Source: Candidatus Bathyarchaeota archaeon (GTDB taxonomy: Archaea; Thermoproteota; Bathyarchaeia; Bathyarchaeales; Bathycorpusculaceae). From it: a stretch of 64,000 bases of DNA. Both the position numbers and the translations under genes were made by a program. Each line of letters starts with the position of its first letter. Positions within the stretch are counted from its first letter, which is position 1. Below are positions 10,940-19,415 of this stretch, piece by piece. The stretch spans positions 288,001 through 352,000 of the forward strand of contig CAWDYC010000003.1 of NCBI GenBank assembly GCA_963806535.1, written 5' to 3'. The notes below the pieces were generated by a model, which was not told the DNA's origin, ran no database searches, and saw only the letters and a list, made by a program, of their open reading frames with translations.

Positions 10940-11062
10940 AAATTCACCTCCAAAAAATACTCAAAAATCCACAAATTGGAAATTGCTCGATGAATTACAA
11001 ATATATCTTGCTTATTGCGCAATGAAAATATTGCTAGCTGTAAAGAGAAAACTTATTCCTTT

Positions 11063-11314
11063 TTATTCTTCCTCATGGTCTTTGCCAGCCTGGATCAGCT
11101 TTCGGACTCTTTGTCCTCCTCGGTGACCTGCTTCCTCCAAACTAGTCTTTCCCCTAGCCTCTAATGCACCTTCATGCTGCTTAGCACGTTGAGAACCGCC
11201 TTTGCTGCCGATTTCGCTGTAAAATTCAGGACCATGAGTTTGAGCCGTTTTTTCTCCACCCATCCGACCAGCCTCTTCAACGGTCATCTTTCCTTTCCTT
11301 CTTTCTTCAATCAA
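11063..11314 (-). CDS. KGG/Em-type stress protein
   Basis: MTVEEAGRMGG..HGPEFYSEIGSKGG; TTG start after GGAGGTGAA. Confidence 0.85.
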   Translation of the reverse strand: MIEERRKGKMTVEEAGRMGGEKTAQTHGPEFYSEIGSKGGSQRAKQHEGALEARGKTSLEEAGHRGGQRVRKLIQAGKDHEEE

Positions 11315-11390
11315 CAGATTCACCTCCAAAATAGATCTTTAACGCCTTTCTTTTGTCTTGAGCTTTCTTGAATTTTCTAGCTTGAACATA

Positions 11391-11413
11391 GCTCATAAAC
11401 ATATGTGGCTGTC
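11391..11413 (-). promoter_or_regulatory. Shared upstream motif of KGG genes, copy 2
   Basis: gctcataaacatatgtggctgtc. Confidence 0.6.
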
Positions 11414-11562
11414 TTTGCACAATAACAAATTGAGAATGAAGATAAATAAAAAATAGTAAAACCTAAAACCTAGTTCACTGGTAAATCGAAGAATTTAGAC
11501 TTGGAAGAATTTGAAAAATACATTTTACATGACCGTGAAAGTAACGTTGACGATCGTTTTAT

Positions 11563-11751
11563 TTATTCTCCTTCGTGTTCTTTTCCTTCCTGAATAAGCT
11601 TGCGTACTCTTTGTCCGCCTTTTGGACCGCCTATCTTTCCACCTTTACGGCCTATTTCGCTATAGAATTCTCCGCCATGAGTTTCAGCAGTCCTTAATCC
11701 GCCTTTCCTTCCGGCTTCCTCAACGGTCATTTTACCTTTTCTTTCTGACAA
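11563..11751 (-). CDS. KGG/Em-type stress protein
   Basis: MTVEEAGRKGG..HGGEFYSEIGRKGG; TTG start after GGAGGTGAA. Confidence 0.85.
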   Translation of the reverse strand: MSERKGKMTVEEAGRKGGLRTAETHGGEFYSEIGRKGGKIGGPKGGQRVRKLIQEGKEHEGE

Positions 11752-11847
11752 AATTTCACCTCCACTAAAAACCACGAAAAGCATTGGTTTTAAAGAATAA
11801 AAATTTTCAAATAAATCAAAAATGATTTAGAAAAAATCATGATATTT

Positions 11848-12165
11848 TTATTCTTCTTCATGCTCTTTGCCAGCCTGGATCAGCTTTCGGACTCTTTGTC
11901 CTCCTCGGTGACCTGCTTCCTCCAGACTTGTCTTTCCCCTAGCCTCTAATGCACCTTCATGCTGCTTTGCGCGTTCAGAACCGCCTTTGCTGCCGATTTC
12001 GCTGTAAAATTCAGGACCGCGTTCTTGAGATACTTTTTCGCCGCCTTTACGACCTATTTCTTCATAGAATTCTTTTCCATGTGTCGACGCGGTTTTTTCT
12101 CCGCCTTTCCTGCCTGCCTCTGCGACTGTCATCTTGCCTTTTTTACTTTCCTCACGCATACTCAA
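11848..12165 (-). CDS. KGG/Em-type stress protein (longest paralogue)
   Basis: AGRKGG, HGKEFYEEIGRKGG, RGPEFYSEIGSKGG repeats. Confidence 0.88.
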   Translation of the reverse strand: MSMREESKKGKMTVAEAGRKGGEKTASTHGKEFYEEIGRKGGEKVSQERGPEFYSEIGSKGGSERAKQHEGALEARGKTSLEEAGHRGGQRVRKLIQAGKEHEEE

Positions 12166-12223
12166 AACTTATTCACCTCCTAAAAGACCACGGAGAAGTT
12201 AACAAGATTAGAGCCGATTAACC

Positions 12224-12246
12224 GCTCATAAACTTATGTGGTTGTA
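12224..12246 (-). promoter_or_regulatory. Shared upstream motif of KGG genes, copy 3
   Basis: gctcataaacttatgtggttgta. Confidence 0.6.
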
Positions 12247-12407
12247 CCATAACTGCAACATGCTAACTAAGCAGGCGAGTTAATCCAGATTTTAGTTAAG
12301 AAATAAATGAAAACAGATAATTTTGGACCTTCAACATCTTGTACGTTTTCAAGAGTTAATTTAAATATAGCCCAAATGTCAATTTATGTTCGTTGGGTTA
12401 CCAATAA

Positions 12408-13886
12408 ATGAAAGTGCTTCTAATTAATCCGCCACAGACGTTTTATCCAGGCTCAGATTTGCCAGCAGGCAATTTACCTTTGGGCTTGATGTACATAGCT
12501 GCTGTGCTTGAAAAGTCAGCGTACAAAACGGAGATTTTAGATGCATTCATAACTGATGACCCATTTAAAAAAGAAGGAAAAACAATAAGCGTGGGTATGC
12601 CTTTCGAGCAAATTAAGCGGGAAATTCAACAACGCAAACCAGATATTGTCGGCATAGCTGGGCCATTTACTTGTCAAATTGAACATGCGCTTAAAATAAG
12701 CAACTTAGCCAAAGATGTTGACCCATCAATTTTAACTGTTGTTGGTGGTCCACACGTAACGGTGATGCCAAAAGAGTTTCTTGAAGTGGCAAAAAATGTA
12801 GATATTGCTGTTGCAGGAGAAGGGGAATATAGCATGCTTGAGTTAGCCCAGCATTTTGAAGGCAAAAAACAGCTAAAAGAAATTCTCGGCATCGCTTACC
12901 GACAAAATGGAGAAATCACCGTAAATCCTCCAAGACCTTTTATCACAAACTTGGACGAGCTGCCTTATCCAGCTTACGACCACGTGAACATGGAGCAGTA
13001 TCTAAGCCCCAAAAAAATAGGCTATCGAAGCTTCCGCAGTAGAGCAGTAGCAATGATTACAAGCAGAGGATGCCCCTACAATTGCTGTTTCTGCAGCGTT
13101 CATTTGCACATGGGCAGAGAGTTTAGAGCAAACTCCGCAAATTATGTACTAAACCACATTCAATATGTTACTGAAAAATTTAATGTCAAAAATATTTTCT
13201 TTGAAGACGATAACTTGACTTTTGATTTAGAAAGGTTTGAAGCGATCTGCGATGGATTGATTGAGAAAAAAATTAAGATAGGTTGGGAAACACCAAACGG
13301 GGTTAGAGCAGATTGTTTAGATTTGAATTTGCTTCAAAAGATGAAGAAGTCGGGCTGTCAAAGCGTGTTTTTTGGTGTAGAATCAGGCGATCAGCAGATC
13401 TTGAGCAATGTTATCTGTAAAAGCCTTGATTTGAACCGTGTGTTGGAAGTTGCGAAAATCTGTAAAGATATTGGTTTGAAAACTGGTGGTTTCTACATTA
13501 TTGGTTTTCCGGGTGAAAAAAAAGAGAATATGCAGAGAACCGTTGATTTTGCTTTGAAGCTTAAACGTGATTTCGATGTTGGTATGCATTTATTCGTTGC
13601 CACGCCGTCGTATGGAACAAGATTGTATGATGAATGCAAAGCTAAAGGATACATAGAGGAAGATTTGAGTTGGAACTCTTTTGCTGAGGCACGTCAAGCC
13701 AAAGGCATACCGCTGATTTCTACCGATGACTTTACGCCTCTAGAGGTGAAAGAAATTGCGGCTAAGGCACTTGAAGAGTATAAGAAATTGTCTTTACTAA
13801 ATCATATTAAAAATCCAAGAAAAACATTAAAGACAATTTTTGATCAACCTCAATTGATTTTAAAATACATCAAAAACTTGCTGTAA
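12408..13886 (+). CDS. Cobalamin-binding radical SAM protein
   Basis: PLGLMYIAA and GGPH..GEGE B12-binding domain; SRGCPYNCCFC CxxxCxxC motif; FGVESG. Confidence 0.92.
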   Translation: MKVLLINPPQTFYPGSDLPAGNLPLGLMYIAAVLEKSAYKTEILDAFITDDPFKKEGKTISVGMPFEQIKREIQQRKPDIVGIAGPFTCQIEHALKISNLAKDVDPSILTVVGGPHVTVMPKEFLEVAKNVDIAVAGEGEYSMLELAQHFEGKKQLKEILGIAYRQNGEITVNPPRPFITNLDELPYPAYDHVNMEQYLSPKKIGYRSFRSRAVAMITSRGCPYNCCFCSVHLHMGREFRANSANYVLNHIQYVTEKFNVKNIFFEDDNLTFDLERFEAICDGLIEKKIKIGWETPNGVRADCLDLNLLQKMKKSGCQSVFFGVESGDQQILSNVICKSLDLNRVLEVAKICKDIGLKTGGFYIIGFPGEKKENMQRTVDFALKLKRDFDVGMHLFVATPSYGTRLYDECKAKGYIEEDLSWNSFAEARQAKGIPLISTDDFTPLEVKEIAAKALEEYKKLSLLNHIKNPRKTLKTIFDQPQLILKYIKNLL

Positions 13887-13974
13887 AGAGAAGTTGGTTT
13901 GTTGGGTTGGATCTCGTTGATTCTTGAATTTCAACTAGTTTAATATTCTATCTAATATGTGATGTAGAGCAAGG

Positions 13975-16374
13975 ATGGCAATGCGAAACTACAAATGGCT
14001 ACTCATCGCACTCATTGTTCTCATTATTTTTCCATCATATCTTATGTCGGTGGCCTCAAGCACTAGTGCCATTTCAAGCGCCACAGACTGGACGACTTTT
14101 CGTCATGACCCAGAGCACAGCGGATATACGGGTAACGATAACCCAACTAACTCTGCTAAGCTTCTTTGGAGTTACCAAACAGGTCGAATGGTGCAGTCTT
14201 CCCCTGCAGTAGCGAATGGTTTCGTTTTTGTAGGCAGCAGGGATAGCCAATTATTCTGTCTCAACGCCTCTAACGGTGAAGCCATTTGGAAATTTCCATT
14301 TCACTCGGAAGTATGGTCTTCGCCAACGGTTTATGATGGTGTTGTTTATGTTGGTACGGATGACGGGAGTTTATACTGTCTAAATGTTACCAATGGAAAT
14401 CCTATTTGGGGATCGAAAGTTGGACGTGTCGTGCGGTCTTCTCCAGCAATCGTTGATGATAGAATGTACATAGGAGCTTGGGACCAAAGGATTTTCTGTT
14501 TGAACGCAACCGATGGGACTCCGATTTGGAACTACACAACCACATCTCGTGTACAATCCTCACCCGCTGTTTCGAATGGCATATTGTACGTTGCCACGGA
14601 TAACTATTATCTTTATGCTCTTAATGCAACGACAGGCGATGAAATATGGAGTCGCCACACTGGAAGCATCAATTCCTCACCCGCCGTAAACAATGGAGAC
14701 GTTTACATTGGATCATACGACGGCTACGTATACGCGTTAAATGCCTCAACTGGAGACCAAATTTGGAGATATCAAACAGAAGATTCAGTCGAGTCTTCGC
14801 CAGCTGTCGCGCATGGATGCGTTTACGTCGGGTCCGACAATAACAACCTGTATTGTCTAAATGCATCTACTGGCCAGAAAATATGGCAAAGCCCAACTGG
14901 ATATTGGGTCATATCCTCGCCTGCAGTTGCAGATGGCAATGTGTACGTGGGGTCAGAAGACTGCAACATTTATGGTTTTAACGCTTCAACAGGAGCGAAA
15001 CAATGGAGTTACACAACTGGAAATATTATCGAATCTTCCCCAGCAATAGTAAACAATACCCTCTACATCGGATCCGATGACCAAAATGTTTATGCTCTCA
15101 CCCTATACCAATCGACAATTAAGCCCTCACCTTCACAGTCTCCAACCGCTTTATCGTTGAGCACACTAACGTTTGATGGTATTGCATGCGCTGTCGTAGC
15201 AATCAGCGTTTTTGCATTAGTTCAATTTACTCGATCAACGAGGAAAACTAAGTCAATCAATGAAAACGTGAAAATGCACATCGAAAATGCACATTGGTAT
15301 AAAACGCACAGTGATGCACTTTTTGTTTTAGGAATTCTGGCTTTTTCAATAATATTTTACGTCAACTTGTCAAGTGGACATCTTTGGGCCGCCGATGAGC
15401 AAACATACTCTCAATGGGCATATCACATGGTTAAAACTGGGGATTATTTAACACCTTGGGCTTTTGGCGATGTCTCATTTTGGGTTGTGAAACCACCGCT
15501 ATTTATGTGGTTGATGTCTCTGTCTTACCAAGCCTTTGGCGTTAACAACTTTACCTCAAGACTCCCAAGCGCTATTTTTGGAAGTTTATCATTAGTTCTT
15601 GTTTTCTATTTAGGAAAGAAACTTTACAATTCAGTCACTGGGCTTATATCGGCCATAGTTTTAGGCACATTTACAACCTTTTACAATTTTTCAACTCACG
15701 CAATGACCGATGTCACTTTCACCTTTTTCATAATCGCCAGCATATACTTTCTTGTTATTGGTGAGAAACCAGAAAAAACAAATCGATATGCAGCCTTAAG
15801 CGGCGTTTTCTTTGGTTTAGCATTAATGACAAAACAACTTCAAGCTTTACTGATCCCATTAATTATCTTCACCTATCTACTCTTGTCGCAGAGAAGCATA
15901 AGATTTGTTTTCAAAAGACAGTTCACGCTTTTTTGGAGCGTTGGACTTCTGCTTTTTTCTCCATGGCTAATATACATGGTAGTTTCTTATGGATCGCCGT
16001 TTTGGCAGAACTATTTTGTTTACGCCGCCGTTACCCGTTCAGTCAGCCCCATTGAAGGTCACGCAGGAAGCTACCTTTTCTATTTCAGCTACCTAATCAA
16101 TAATGAATATTTATGGGCGATTTTGCTGCCTTTTGCTGCTGGGTTTTGCGCGTTCAAGGCGATTTTTAAGAACTCAAAAGCAGATGTTTTGGTCATAATC
16201 TGGATGGCACTTGTACTAATAGTGTTTACTTTTGCTCAAACGAAACTTTTCTGGTATATCCTGCCAGCTTTTCCAGCCTTTGCTCTTGCCATTGGGAGTT
16301 TACTGTATCAAATTTCAAAGAAAATAGCTTCACGCTATCCTCGGCTATACCTTGAAAAGCGGTTGAATAGCTAA
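13975..16374 (+). CDS. Secreted PQQ-type beta-propeller fused to an ArnT/PMT-like (GT-C) glycosyltransferase
   Basis: Signal peptide; eight SSP.V..G.VY.G..D..Y.LNA.TG...W repeats; ADEQTY, KPPLF.W, SRLPSA, LMTK motifs with multiple TM helices. Confidence 0.85.
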   Translation: MAMRNYKWLLIALIVLIIFPSYLMSVASSTSAISSATDWTTFRHDPEHSGYTGNDNPTNSAKLLWSYQTGRMVQSSPAVANGFVFVGSRDSQLFCLNASNGEAIWKFPFHSEVWSSPTVYDGVVYVGTDDGSLYCLNVTNGNPIWGSKVGRVVRSSPAIVDDRMYIGAWDQRIFCLNATDGTPIWNYTTTSRVQSSPAVSNGILYVATDNYYLYALNATTGDEIWSRHTGSINSSPAVNNGDVYIGSYDGYVYALNASTGDQIWRYQTEDSVESSPAVAHGCVYVGSDNNNLYCLNASTGQKIWQSPTGYWVISSPAVADGNVYVGSEDCNIYGFNASTGAKQWSYTTGNIIESSPAIVNNTLYIGSDDQNVYALTLYQSTIKPSPSQSPTALSLSTLTFDGIACAVVAISVFALVQFTRSTRKTKSINENVKMHIENAHWYKTHSDALFVLGILAFSIIFYVNLSSGHLWAADEQTYSQWAYHMVKTGDYLTPWAFGDVSFWVVKPPLFMWLMSLSYQAFGVNNFTSRLPSAIFGSLSLVLVFYLGKKLYNSVTGLISAIVLGTFTTFYNFSTHAMTDVTFTFFIIASIYFLVIGEKPEKTNRYAALSGVFFGLALMTKQLQALLIPLIIFTYLLLSQRSIRFVFKRQFTLFWSVGLLLFSPWLIYMVVSYGSPFWQNYFVYAAVTRSVSPIEGHAGSYLFYFSYLINNEYLWAILLPFAAGFCAFKAIFKNSKADVLVIIWMALVLIVFTFAQTKLFWYILPAFPAFALAIGSLLYQISKKIASRYPRLYLEKRLNS

Positions 16375-16518
16375 TTTCACGGAATCAAAATGTTTCTAAA
16401 TGAGACAACATCTTTTTTTCACTTTCAGTCATGTCTCTGCTGTTCTAAACATTTGTTTCTTCACTTGATTCTTAAGCATCCTCGAACTATAGGGGCGAGT
16501 TCTAGAGGGATTTTACAG

Positions 16519-16993
16519 TTGACGAAAGGTAAGCCTTGGCCCATTGAAGACGAAAAACAGTTGACCGATTGGTTCAATTCGAGCACTAAAGATCTTCGAG
16601 TGCTTGCTTTCTCTTTTGATGGCAAATACAGCGAGAATGCTATTTATCAGAAACTTTTGGATTTAGGACTTATTCAGAAAGAAGAAGAAACTCGGGGGGA
16701 GCACACTTCTTCTTCTTCTACTACTACTACTGGTTTTACTTCTTCTAAGCTTGAGTTGCCGGAGGAGCTTCCGAGTGTTGAAGAGACGCTTAAAACTTGC
16801 GGCTGCATTAGAGGCATTGAAGGCCTCAGGACTCAAAAGAGACGATATTTTACGTTTGCGAGGCATTATTTCGGGTACCAAAATCTACCAGGAACTATTA
16901 GCAGACTACATTAACTATCGGGCGCTTGAAGCTGAACTTTTAGATTGGAGACGTAAATATGAGGAGCTTGCGAAGAAATCCACGGACAGTTGA
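16519..16993 (+). CDS. Putative small terminase-like protein (Myb/HTH-like N-terminus, helical C-terminus), frameshifted
   Basis: TTG 16519 MTKGKPWPIEDEKQL..SENAIYQKLLDLGL; S/T linker; continues LAAALEAL..KYEELAK in the 16751-16993 frame; overlaps the TerL start. Confidence 0.5.
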
Positions 16994-18409
16994 GGCTAAA
17001 ACTTTTAGGCCTAATCGATTGTTCCTTGAACGCGATCGATTACGCAAAGACATTGAAACAGTCGAAATCGCTGCTAAACTGAGAACTAAGGCTGAAACAA
17101 GTGACCCTTACAAATTTTTGCTTGATTACTGCAAACTAAAACCCTACAAGCATACACTTGAAATTGCCAAATTGTATTTTCAACATCAATTCTTGGCTGT
17201 CTGTTTGCCTCGGCAAACGGGAAAGAGTACCACAATAGGTGCTTTGATTTTGCAGGATGCATGGGAACACAATAACCTTACATCGGACTTATCGGGCCTA
17301 GCTGGCGACAGACAAAACTAAATCTGCTCAGAGTGGCTAACTTTTGCCGTAATCTCCCCCGACAGGGAATGCATATTCAAAGAACAAGAATAACCCTCCA
17401 AAACGGCAGCGTGATCGAGGCTTTCCCCAACAACGCCGATACAATAAGGGGCAACACTTTTGACAGGCTCTGGTGGGACGAAACCAACTTCACACCCAAC
17501 GACGAAGACTTGTATGACGCCATCTTGTTTACAATGAGCACCAAAAAAGACGCCAAATTAATTGCAACTAGCACGCCTTTCAACACCGATTCCCTGTTTT
17601 GGAAAATGTGTAACCACGAAGACTTTTCTGATTTTGGACGCTACCACATCTCTTGGGAACAGGCACTTGAACCCAACGGTCCGTTAAGCACAACAATAAT
17701 TGAGAAGATTAGGAGGCAGTTTGGTAATGACTCAACTAGGTGGCGTCGTGAGATGGAGGCTGAATGGGCAGAAGACGAAGATGTGTGGCTTGCCCAAAGT
17801 CTCATCGTCAGTTGCATAGATAGCTCACTTTTGCCTTATGACTTCCAGACCCAACCGCCATTTGGCGAATTTTTCATTGGCGTCGATTTTGGGAAGGAAC
17901 GAGATTACAGCATTGTGGTAGTACTAGAAAAGATAGGTTTCGTTTTGCGAGTGGTTCATGTCCACCGTTTTCCATTGCATTCAGAGTACGCAAGTGTCAT
18001 TGGATACGTCAAGAGCTTACAGGACCGTTGGAACAGCATTCACTCGGTCTACGCAGACGTAACAGGAGTAGGAAACTATATTGTTGAGGATATGTTCCGC
18101 AGTGGCATTCCCAATGTAATTGGTACAAACTTTACAGTCCAGTCTAAAGAAGAAATGGCAAATATCCTCAGGGAAAAGATGCGAGCTGGTGAACTAAAAA
18201 TTCCATATATCCCTACCCGAAAAATAGGAGACATTGACCTTACAGTTGAGTTAAATGTTGAAAAATATGAGCTTATGAAAACAGGGCACTTAGGATTTAG
18301 TCATCCCGAAGGCACTCACGATGATGTATTTTGGAGTACAGCACTTGCGGTTCTAGGTTCGGTTAGAACACCCATGCCAGGTAAAGGTGTTGGTTTTGTT
18401 TCGCATTAG
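16959..18409 (+). CDS. Terminase large subunit (ATPase + RNase H-like nuclease), one frameshift near 17280
   Basis: Walker A PRQTGKST, IRG..DRLWWDE Walker B, ATSTP coupling motif, REMEAEW, GVDFG nuclease Asp, D.TGVG, HDD. Confidence 0.9.
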
Positions 18410-18420
18410 CTTAAGGAAAA

Positions 18421-18499
18421 GAATTTGGAGATTGAAAAAAACTATGGTACTGGATGATTGTGGTTGCTGGTTTGCTGGTGTACTGCTAAAGGGCACAAT
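18421..18499 (+). pseudogene. Degenerate remnant of a PEF-type membrane-anchor tail
   Basis: In-frame EF..*..MIVVAGLLVY resembles the ..AGLLV(N/Y).K.HK ends of the 19416 and 21600 genes. Confidence 0.4.
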
Positions 18500-18594
18500 A
18501 ATTATTTTGATCTTGAATTTTAATGTCGATTCAATTTCGTTAAATAAAGCAAAACATTTTCGAGTTTGCAATCGTCTAAGGCGTTTCAATTAGC

Positions 18595-18862
18595 TTACTC
18601 GTATGCTTTTTCACGCGTCGAAATGGAGTAAATAACTATTGTTTGATCTGTTGACAGCTCAAATAGTATTCTTACAGTTTTTCCTATTCTGATACGATAA
18701 TGGTTTTGATATCCATGCAGTTTCTTGATGTCTATTCTTGTTGAAAGACCCTCATCCTCTAAAGTTTTTAGAGCTATCATTATCCTATCCTGATTTTCTT
18801 TCGGAAAATTTTTTGAACTGCTTTTTAGCTTTGCTTTCTACAAAAACCAAATACTTGGGCAA
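18595..18862 (-). CDS. RelE/ParE family toxin (N-terminus frameshifted)
   Basis: DIKKLHG..YRIRIG..VRILF...TREKAY; upstream MPKYLVFVESKAKKQF in another frame. Confidence 0.85.
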
Positions 18863-18865
18863 ATG

Positions 18866-19093
18866 TTAGTTCCCTTTCGTCAATTCAGTCAAAGGTTCGA
18901 GGTGCAGCTTTTTGCTTCTCTTTGCAGTTTCATATTCTTCAATCGCTTTAACATCTTCTTTAGAGGGTTCTTCAAACCCGATTAACCTTTCTTCAACCAG
19001 CTCATTTAACCCTTGTACTTTCTTATTTAATTCCAACAGCAAACTCCGAATCTCTTTAAGTTCAGCTTCAGATGTCATATTTCTCAAAATCAA
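18866..19093 (-). CDS. Cognate antitoxin
   Basis: Small acidic protein (EEPSKEDVKAIEEY) immediately upstream of the RelE-like gene. Confidence 0.7.
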   Translation of the reverse strand: MILRNMTSEAELKEIRSLLLELNKKVQGLNELVEERLIGFEEPSKEDVKAIEEYETAKRSKKLHLEPLTELTKGN

Positions 19094-19268
19094 ATAGCTT
19101 TCAGGAATATTTAACGGTTATCAACAAAACCACAAAAGAGTTTTTGCGGAAGACAGATTGTTTTCACGGAAGGTTAACCCGAACCCCTTATGTGGCAAGA
19201 GTTCAAAATTTTTGCATTTAACGATTCCACAAAATTTATGAGTAAACTCTGAAAAATACCTATACGCT

Positions 19269-19319
19269 TGTCAAGAAACCTGAACTAAAAAATTGCCATT
19301 TAGTTCAGAAATCTTGACA
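19269..19319. repeat. Nested inverted repeat
   Basis: TGTCAAGA-aac-CTGAACTAAA-9nt-TTTAGTTCAG-aaa-TCTTGACA. Confidence 0.8.
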
Positions 19320-19415
19320 TGCCCCCTTTTATCAATGAGCTTTTCCAGAGATGTATTTTACCCGGCCTCACGGAACTACTAAAGGCTTAATAGCAATTAG
19401 GGCAAACTGAAAATT

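Larger units (their letters stand above)
11063..12018. repeat. Near-identical ~170 bp direct repeat (11063-11233 vs 11848-12018) forming the 3' halves of two KGG genes
   Basis: Direct comparison shows only a handful of substitutions. Confidence 0.85.

Noticed and set aside
10008-12165. CRISPR array or DGR template/variable repeats
   Set aside because: The repeats are in-frame coding units of KGG proteins, with no constant repeat-spacer period and no cas or reverse transcriptase gene.
14150-15100. ~120-bp periodic DNA repeats
   Set aside because: Explained by the 40-aa beta-propeller blades of the 799-aa protein.
16700-16745. (TCT)n(ACT)n microsatellite as a phase-variation tract
   Set aside because: The triplets keep frame and encode an S/T linker; the frameshift lies about 50 nt downstream.
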